NCBI GenBank assembly: GCA_948469815.1
Contig: CAOKMR010000004.1
Location: forward strand, 1 to 32,000
Reading direction: 5' to 3'
Length of the DNA stretch: 32,000 bases
From: an uncultured Clostridiaceae bacterium
GTDB lineage: Bacteria > Bacillota > Clostridia > TANB77 > CAG-508
Shown: positions 26,088 through 32,000 of the stretch, in pieces
How the letters are laid out: every line of letters begins with the position of its first letter
Numbering within the stretch: the first letter of the stretch is position 1
The notes under the pieces: model-generated
What the model saw: only the letters and a program-made list of their open reading frames with translations
Told to the model about the DNA's origin: nothing
Databases searched by the model: none
Position numbers and translations under genes: made by a program

Positions 26088-26119
26088 AAGGCCTATGCAC
26101 ATTGTTGTACATAAGCCTT
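26088..26119 (-). terminator. spoVT terminator hairpin
   Basis: 14-bp stem aaggcctatgcaca / tgtacataagcctt. Its two non-Watson-Crick positions are G-U only in the minus-sense RNA. Confidence 0.6.
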
Positions 26120-26127
26120 ATCACCTT

Positions 26128-26682
26128 TTATATTTCCATTTGATTTCCTAAAAATCCTGCTGCTGATTGGACTAATTTATATTCTGTATCACCCATTTTT
26201 GTTTGAGCATCTTTAGACATTAAAATTACACTTCCAATAACATCTCCTTGAGAAATTATAGGATATACTACTTGAGAATTAAACTTTCTATCTTTATTAT
26301 CATTTTGAGTTATTGGTATTGATATTTCGTTATTCTCACTACTTGTATAAACTTCTTTATCTTCTAATAATTGTTCTAATTCAGAAGATAAATTTTGTTC
26401 TAAAAACTCCTTTTTAGGTCCTCCTGAAACAGCAATAACTGTATCTTTATCTGTAATACAAGCAATATGTCCTGTTGTCTTTGATAATGTCTCTGTATAT
26501 CCAGAAGCAAACTCTGAAAGTTCTCCAATAGGAGAATATTTTTTTAAGATAACTCCACCTTCTCTATCTGTAAAAATTTCTAATGGATCTCCCTCTTTTA
26601 TATGAAGTACTCTTCTTATTTCCTTTGGAATTACAATTCTTCCCAAATCATCTATTCTTCTTACTACTCCAGTTGCTTTCAT
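26128..26682 (-). CDS. spoVT: Stage V sporulation protein T (AbrB-family regulator)
   Basis: SpoVT/AbrB swapped-hairpin N-terminus (GVVRRIDDLGRIVIPKEIRR) plus a GAF-like C-domain. Length is 184 aa. Confidence 0.95.
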   Translation of the reverse strand: MKATGVVRRIDDLGRIVIPKEIRRVLHIKEGDPLEIFTDREGGVILKKYSPIGELSEFASGYTETLSKTTGHIACITDKDTVIAVSGGPKKEFLEQNLSSELEQLLEDKEVYTSSENNEISIPITQNDNKDRKFNSQVVYPIISQGDVIGSVILMSKDAQTKMGDTEYKLVQSAAGFLGNQMEI

Positions 26683-26848
26683 TTCGCTTTTCCTCCTTTA
26701 AGTTAATTATTTTAGGTTTATATTTCCTTTTAGTTTCTAGTAAACTACATTTATATAAAAATGCAATTTATGTAGAAATAAATTTTGTTTTTATAAACTT
26801 ATTATTACACTTGAGGAAAATTTTATGCATTTTATTTAAATATAATTT

Positions 26849-27508
26849 TTAATCTTTTGAAATAGTAAAAATTCCTATTTCTCGTGCCCCATTTTCCTTT
26901 AAAAGCCTTGAGCATTCATTTACTGTGTTTCCAGTAGTATATATATCATCTAATAAAAGAATAGTTTTTTCTTTAATTAAATTACTATTTTGAACTTTAT
27001 AAATATTTTTAACATTTAAAGCTCTATCTTCTTTAGTTAAAGTACTTTGTGCAACATTATTCTTTGTTTTAATTAATAAATTATTTATAAATTGAATATT
27101 TTTTAATTTTCTACTTATTTCTCTAGCTAGTAATGCACTTTGATTATATCCCCTATGATTAAGTCTTTTTTTATGTATAGGTACAGGAATAATTATTTCA
27201 TAATTATTTATAAAATCAACTATTTTTCTATTATTTAAAATAATACTTACAAATGTTTTATATAAATATGGCTTATCATTAAATTTATAATCTATTAATA
27301 ATTTGCGAATTTGTCCTTCGTATTTAAATATATAACCATGTTTATTAAAAAATTTATCTGTTTTGTTTTCATAATTATTAATTTTCGAAATAGTAATTTT
27401 ATCTATTTGTGATTTACAATTTTCGCACAAACTATTTTTATCTATTTCTTCACAAATTCCACATACATTTGGATATATTAATTCTAATAAAAAATCTAAA
27501 ATTTCTAT
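26849..27508 (-). CDS. comFC: ComF family protein (ComFC-like phosphoribosyltransferase), start codon uncertain
   Basis: C-terminal PRPP loop ILLLDDIYTTGNT. The frame is open upstream of the track's TTG (27430) and encodes the usual double CxxC N-terminus (LDFLLELIYPNVCGICEE...CENC). The only start-like codon behind the AAAGGA RBS is ATA at 27506-27508. Confidence 0.7.
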   Translation of the reverse strand: MEILDFLLELIYPNVCGICEEIDKNSLCENCKSQIDKITISKINNYENKTDKFFNKHGYIFKYEGQIRKLLIDYKFNDKPYLYKTFVSIILNNRKIVDFINNYEIIIPVPIHKKRLNHRGYNQSALLAREISRKLKNIQFINNLLIKTKNNVAQSTLTKEDRALNVKNIYKVQNSNLIKEKTILLLDDIYTTGNTVNECSRLLKENGAREIGIFTISKD

Positions 27509-27627
27509 TTTAAATCATTCCTTTCTCTATTTTTTAACATTTTTCGATAATTTTGCATATTTTATAATAATGATAATTAAAGGAATTAGCTTCCTATATC
27601 ATAAAAACTTATAAGGAGGAAATAATA

Positions 27628-27993
27628 GTGTTCACTCGTAGATGTAGACGTAATTGCTGTTGTCCTATGAATAATATGGATAATAACAATTCTTGTGATT
27701 ATGAAACAATATGTAATGATGTTTCAAACAATTGTTGTTGCAAAGATAATGATGATTGTGGTTGTGGATATGACGATGATAACTGTTGTGGAGATATATT
27801 CCCATATAACCCAATGTTTGCTCAAAGTTATGTTCCTATTCAACATATGGATAAAACTTTTGTACCTTGTGTTGGATTAAAAAAAGGAACAATATTCCCT
27901 GAATTGGTTGACCCATATTATCCTTGTCAATCAATTGATTTTATAAACTTTATTAAAGATACTAACGATATTGGAGAGGGGTGTAATGGATGA
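27628..27993 (+). CDS. cotJA: Spore coat-associated protein CotJA with a Cys-rich N-terminal extension
   Basis: The conserved CotJA core AQSYVPIQ...LKKGTIFPELVDPY follows a 56-residue segment with 13 Cys. GTG start 8 nt after AAGGAGG. Confidence 0.85.
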   Translation: MFTRRCRRNCCCPMNNMDNNNSCDYETICNDVSNNCCCKDNDDCGCGYDDDNCCGDIFPYNPMFAQSYVPIQHMDKTFVPCVGLKKGTIFPELVDPYYPCQSIDFINFIKDTNDIGEGCNG

Positions 27994-28310
27994 ATAACGA
28001 ATGCTGTGAAAACAATGTAGAAGAAAGAAATTGTTGTTGTGATTGTCATGAAAATGACTGTGATAAAACTAGAAGAGAAATGCTAATGCAAATAAAAGAA
28101 TATGATTTTGCTTTAGATGAATTAAATTTATATTTAGATACTCATCCAGATGACTCTAAGGCCCTATGTTTGCATAATAATTATTCAAGAACATTAAGAG
28201 AACTAGAAACTGAATATCAAAGAGTTTATGGTCCATTAACTGCCAATTATCCATGTAAAAAATGGAGATGGCTTGAAGAACCATGGCCTTGGGAAAGGGG
28301 GATTATGTAA
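27990..28310 (+). CDS. cotJB: Spore coat protein CotJB
   Basis: CotJB core (YDFALDELNLYLDTHPDD ... YGPLT). ATGA start/stop overlap with cotJA. N-terminus has 7 Cys in 25 residues. Confidence 0.9.
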   Translation: MNNECCENNVEERNCCCDCHENDCDKTRREMLMQIKEYDFALDELNLYLDTHPDDSKALCLHNNYSRTLRELETEYQRVYGPLTANYPCKKWRWLEEPWPWERGIM

Positions 28311-28312
28311 TT

Positions 28313-28531
28313 ATGTGGGATTATAAAAAGATTTTACAATATCCAATAAATATAAAGACGCCTGATCCAAGATTAGCTAAAGTGATAATTTCTCAATATG
28401 GCGGACCTGATGGAGAACTTGCTGCCTCTTTAAGATATTTGAGTCAAAGATTTGGAATGCCAGATCAAAATGCTAAAGCTATATTAAATGATATTGGTAC
28501 AGAAGAATGTGTACCATTATGTTGTCAATAG
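28313..28531 (+). pseudogene. cotJC: 5' portion of cotJC (Mn-catalase-family spore coat protein), interrupted after ...DIGTEE
   Basis: MWDYKKILQYP...DPRLAKVIISQYGGPDGELAASLRYLSQRFGMP...LNDIGTEE matches the CotJC N-terminus. After 28507 it reads CVPLCCQ*. The full-length family is about 190 aa and continues with (F/L)AH.E. Confidence 0.85.
28496..28515. repeat. Inverted repeat at the cotJC break point, candidate recombination (att) core
   Basis: GGTACA-gaagaatg-TGTACC, centred at 28505/28506. This is exactly where CotJC homology ends. Confidence 0.5.
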
Positions 28532-28564
28532 CTAAAGACAGTGATTGCAACTTTAACTATTGAC

Positions 28565-29773
28565 TTATATATTTACTTCTTCTAATAAAAAATCTATTAT
28601 ATTCATATGAATAATTCCATTTTGGCTATAATTAATTTTATCCATTGAGAGAACATATTTAGGATAATTATCATCAACAAATTTGTATGCTCCAAATTCT
28701 CTTTGCATAACTTCATCACTTGATAAATAATCTGTTACTTGTATATATTTTCTTTCTCCAAAGTCATCAATTACAAAATCAATTTCTCCTTTATCAGTTT
28801 TTCCTATATACACATCATATCCTCTTGCAATTAATTCATTGTATACAATATTTTCTAATCTTCCACCAATTTTTTTCTCGATTGGAGATTTTTTTAACTG
28901 CAATAGTCCTAAATCTGTTAAATAATATTTTTCTAATGTCGCCATAACATTTTTTCCTCTAATATCATACCTATTTACTTTATTTACAATTAGGGAATTT
29001 GTTATATATTCTACATAATTTAGAATTGTATCTGGAGTTGTTTGTATTTTCTCATTTTTTAAATATGAAGTAATTGAATTAGAAGATATTATTCCACCAA
29101 TATTTTCCATAATAAATTGAATTACTCTATTTAATAAATTTATATCTTTAACTTTGTTCCTTTCTATAATATCTTTTAATATTGCACTATTATATAAATC
29201 TTTTAAATATAATTTTCTTTCGTCAGCACTATCTGTATTAAAAATTTGTGGCATACATCCCCATTCTATATATTCTAAAAAAGATTTATCTATATTTATT
29301 TCCTCTTTTTTCTCTTTCTTAAGTTCTAAATATTCTTTAAATGTAAATGGCATCATTTTAATACTTATATATCTTCCAGCTAAATGCGTTGCTAGTTCAC
29401 CAGATAATAATTTACTATTTGAGCCTGTTATAAATATACTAACATTTAAAGTTGCTCTAAAAGAATTAATAACCTTTTCAAATTCATTAACATTTTGGAT
29501 TTCATCAAAAAGCAAATAATATTTTTCCTCATCTTTTATTTTTTCTTTTACATACATATTGAATTTCTTTGGTTCTGTAAAATCTATATAATCATAATCT
29601 TCAAAATTCATATATATTATATGATCTGCTTTTATTCCTTTTTGTTTTAATTCTTCTATTATTTGTTTCATTAATACTGATTTTCCTGAACGTCTAACAC
29701 CAATAATTACTTTTATCAATTCACTATCATATGAATCTCTTATCTTTTTTAGGTACATTTCACGTTTTATCAT
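28565..29773 (-). CDS. AAA-type ATPase with a C-terminal DUF4143-like domain, 402 aa
   Basis: Walker A GVRRSGKS and Walker B YLLFDEIQ. The architecture is typical of the AAA_14/DUF4143 family. RBS AGGAGG. Confidence 0.8.
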   Translation of the reverse strand: MIKREMYLKKIRDSYDSELIKVIIGVRRSGKSVLMKQIIEELKQKGIKADHIIYMNFEDYDYIDFTEPKKFNMYVKEKIKDEEKYYLLFDEIQNVNEFEKVINSFRATLNVSIFITGSNSKLLSGELATHLAGRYISIKMMPFTFKEYLELKKEKKEEINIDKSFLEYIEWGCMPQIFNTDSADERKLYLKDLYNSAILKDIIERNKVKDINLLNRVIQFIMENIGGIISSNSITSYLKNEKIQTTPDTILNYVEYITNSLIVNKVNRYDIRGKNVMATLEKYYLTDLGLLQLKKSPIEKKIGGRLENIVYNELIARGYDVYIGKTDKGEIDFVIDDFGERKYIQVTDYLSSDEVMQREFGAYKFVDDNYPKYVLSMDKINYSQNGIIHMNIIDFLLEEVNI

Positions 29774-29921
29774 TATTCCTTCCTCCTATGTTTTAAATTT
29801 ATTATATTGTATCACACATTTAATAGTTTTTCAAGTTTTTCCTTCTAAAGTCGTAAAACTTTTAATTTTTCTATATTTTTCGACTTTATGTATATAATTA
29901 GAACTATGGAAAATTTGTATG

Positions 29922-29938
29922 GACGACCATTGGTCGTC
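29922..29938 (-). terminator. Hairpin downstream of the recombinase gene
   Basis: gacgacc-att-ggtcgtc, 28 nt after the recombinase stop. Confidence 0.45.
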
Positions 29939-29965
29939 TGTCTTACAGAGACTCTAAAATTAATA

Positions 29966-31525
29966 TTAAATTTTAGGTAACTTTGGATATATCTGTAATT
30001 CAAAATTTGTTGGATCCGAATCCTTTTTTATATTTTTGTCTATTTTTAAATATGTAACTTTAGCAATAATACTTTTTAATAAAATATTTTTATCTTCAGA
30101 AAACTCTAGTTTATAATACAAATCTATAATATTTTCTAATTTAGGTATCATAGTTTCCTTCTCGTTTTGAATTTCAGTATTTTTATTTAAAAGTTCATTA
30201 TATTCCTTTAATTTGCCTTTTAAATTTACTATATTGTCTTTTATTGATTTTGAACGATTTATAAATTCATCTTTACTATAAATACCATTTTCTAAAAAGT
30301 CATATATTTTATCAAGTTTGGTATTTTCTTTTTCTAATTCTTTCTTAGTTAAAACAATAGATTTTTCAATTAATCTGTTATTATCAATTTTTGAGTTATC
30401 TTTAACTTCATAATCGACCTTATAATTCTCAAGCCATATTTTTAATGCTTCAATAATCTTGTTTTCTACTATATAAAGTTTAGAACTTATATTATCACAT
30501 TTTGAATTAGAACATATAAGTGTTGCAGGTTTATCAGCTTTTGTATAAGGTCTTCGTTGCATAGGTTTACCACATTTCTCACAAAATACAAGTCCAACTA
30601 AAGGATTTTGAATAGTATTACTATGCTTTACTTTTGGAGTATTCTGTTTTCTTTTTTCTTGTACTAATTCCCAAGTTTTATTATCAATAATAGGCTCATG
30701 TAATCCATCATAAATTAGATAATCTTGATTACGAGGTCTACTAATTATAAGATGTCCATTTTTCGTTTTCTTTTTTTGTTTCCTCCTATTCCAAGTTAGT
30801 TTACCAATATAGGTAGGATTAGAAAGAATATCTTTTACAGAAGAAATAGTCCATTCATTTGAAATTCTAGGATTTAAATTCATATCATTTAATTGTTCTA
30901 CAACAGAACCTATTGTGTTACTTTCAAAAGTATATAATCTAAAAATTTCCTTTACAATAGGTGCTTCATTTGGATTAATTGATAAAGTATAACCTTTAGA
31001 ATCTTTTAACTTTACTCTATCATATCCAAAAGGAGCAATATTTCCTACAAACTTACCTTCAGAAACAGAAATTTCTCTACCTCTTTGTAAACGTCTATTG
31101 ATTGTCTTATATTCTCTCCTAGACATAAATAAGCCAAATTCAAAATATTCTTCATCAAACTCATTATCTGGGTCATAAGTTTTAACAGGTGTAATAATTT
31201 TGGTATGAGAATATTTAAAAGCTTTTGAAACTCTTCCTTGATCAGCAGTATCACCACGAGCTAACCTTTCTACTTCAACAACTAAAACACCAGTCCATTT
31301 TTCATTTTCAACATCTTTAAGAAGTTTTTGCATTTCTTTTCTTTCACTAATTGTTTCTCCACTTACAACTTCTCTATAGATTTTTGAAATATGTAGGTTT
31401 CGCTTCTCAGCTAAAGTAGTTAATATTTTCTCATGTCTTGCTAAAGTTTCGCCTTCTCCATATTTTTCAGATTCGATATCTTCTCTTGATTTTCTTAAAT
31501 ATATTGCATATGTGCCATCTTGCAC
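29966..31525 (-). CDS. Large serine recombinase, about 519 aa
   Basis: N-terminal resolvase catalytic domain (YAIYLRKSRED, VVEVERLARG), recombinase domain, zinc ribbon (CEKCGKPM...CSNSKC) and a C-terminal coiled-coil. Probable GTG start at 31525 after AAAGGAGG, since the track's upstream extension has no RBS. Confidence 0.9.
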   Translation of the reverse strand: MQDGTYAIYLRKSREDIESEKYGEGETLARHEKILTTLAEKRNLHISKIYREVVSGETISERKEMQKLLKDVENEKWTGVLVVEVERLARGDTADQGRVSKAFKYSHTKIITPVKTYDPDNEFDEEYFEFGLFMSRREYKTINRRLQRGREISVSEGKFVGNIAPFGYDRVKLKDSKGYTLSINPNEAPIVKEIFRLYTFESNTIGSVVEQLNDMNLNPRISNEWTISSVKDILSNPTYIGKLTWNRRKQKKKTKNGHLIISRPRNQDYLIYDGLHEPIIDNKTWELVQEKRKQNTPKVKHSNTIQNPLVGLVFCEKCGKPMQRRPYTKADKPATLICSNSKCDNISSKLYIVENKIIEALKIWLENYKVDYEVKDNSKIDNNRLIEKSIVLTKKELEKENTKLDKIYDFLENGIYSKDEFINRSKSIKDNIVNLKGKLKEYNELLNKNTEIQNEKETMIPKLENIIDLYYKLEFSEDKNILLKSIIAKVTYLKIDKNIKKDSDPTNFELQIYPKLPKI

Positions 31526-31683
31526 ATTTCCTCCTTTCCTTGTAATTAAGATAGCCGTTGGGAACAAAGTGACCTTACGGATATCTTATGCAAAATGCTT
31601 TAGCATTTTGTATCCTTGAAAACGCATAAGCATCTTGCACTGCCTTTAACTATGATATAAATTATATCTGTAATTGCAACAAA

Positions 31684-31827
31684 TTACAACAAAGAAGGAT
31701 TTATTTTTCTTATTAAATTAATGATAATATTATCTATATATTCTTTTTGAGTAGCAACATCTTTTACTATATAATCATCATAAAATTTTATCTTAGTATT
31801 GCCTAATATGTATTCTTCTACTAACAT
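31684..31827 (-). CDS. Small hypothetical ORF, 47 aa, upstream of the recombinase
   Basis: My translation is MLVEEYILGNTKIKFYDDYIVKDVATQKEYIDNIIINLIRKINPSLL. RBS AGAGG lies 8 nt before the ATG. Too short for the ORF track. Confidence 0.4.
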   Translation of the reverse strand: MLVEEYILGNTKIKFYDDYIVKDVATQKEYIDNIIINLIRKINPSLL

Positions 31828-31868
31828 ATAAATCGCCTCTTTAAATGTATATTAAGTGAATAAAAAAA

Positions 31869-31892
31869 TAGAAGAAAACGTGCTTTCTTCTA
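31869..31892 (-). terminator. Terminator hairpin ending an upstream, off-window minus-strand transcript
   Basis: The minus strand reads tagaagaaa-gcacgt-tttcttcta followed by TTTTTTTA. Confidence 0.5.
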
Positions 31893-32000
31893 TACTATTA
31901 TTATAAATGCTTAATAGCTTAAAACAATGAAATCGTTTTGAAATATTTTTGAAATGTACTATTTCAGATTTTTTGATTTTATATTTTACGCAGGAAAGTG

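Larger units (their letters stand above)
28508..32000. mobile_element. Left part of an integrated or intervening element inserted in cotJC, extending beyond the window
   Basis: Strand polarity switches at the cotJC break. Cargo is an AAA ATPase (DUF4143 type), a large serine recombinase and a small ORF. No cotJC 3' part is present in the window. Confidence 0.65.

Noticed and set aside
25923-26127. A possible T-box riboswitch upstream of the alaS-like gene.
   Set aside because: I read the minus strand and found no T-box sequence (..GGTGGTACCGCG..) and no specifier-loop architecture. It holds only the spoVT terminator, a second simple hairpin (26022-26050) and a plain promoter.
29154-29519. 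ORFs on the opposite strand or in an alternate frame within the element: plus-strand 28720-28947 and 29154-29519 inside the ATPase gene, and minus-strand 31045-31257 inside the recombinase gene.
   Set aside because: They are shadows or alternate frames of well-supported genes. The true genes carry Walker motifs or serine-recombinase motifs in the annotated frames.

Overview
AT-rich chromosomal segment, roughly 25-30% GC by eye, from a spore-forming Firmicute that looks Clostridium-like (spoVT, cotJABC, lexA, greA, feoAB). Nearly every gene lies on the minus strand. Left to right: an orphan ORF with a consensus promoter, a serine hydrolase, feoAB, greA, an unknown ORF, lexA, a CpsB-type phosphatase, galE, an MFS transporter, and a type IV McrBC restriction pair whose McrB has a large multi-domain N-terminus. 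Then mgtE, a metal ABC permease and ATPase, a decayed phosphoribosyltransferase remnant, a GNAT gene, a lone tRNA-Leu(UAG), a 558-aa orphan protein, a frameshifted RluA-family pseudouridine synthase and a frameshifted short dprA. Then folD, two tandem sortase paralogs, a HIT protein, a short AlaRS lacking the C-Ala domain, spoVT, comFC without a canonical start codon, and cotJA-cotJB-cotJC. The main finding is that cotJC stops matching its family after ...DIGTEE at about nt 28507, at an inverted repeat. It is followed by opposite-strand cargo that includes a large serine recombinase and runs off the window. This looks like a skin-like intervening or integrated element splitting a mother-cell spore-coat gene. 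The second finding is a pair of same-length (123 nt) imperfect palindromic elements at 21807-21929 and 24046-24168. Their ends and apical hairpin are conserved, and base changes in the stems are compensatory. I saw no CRISPR array, rRNA or IS transposase. All calls rest on motif recognition by eye, with no database search.
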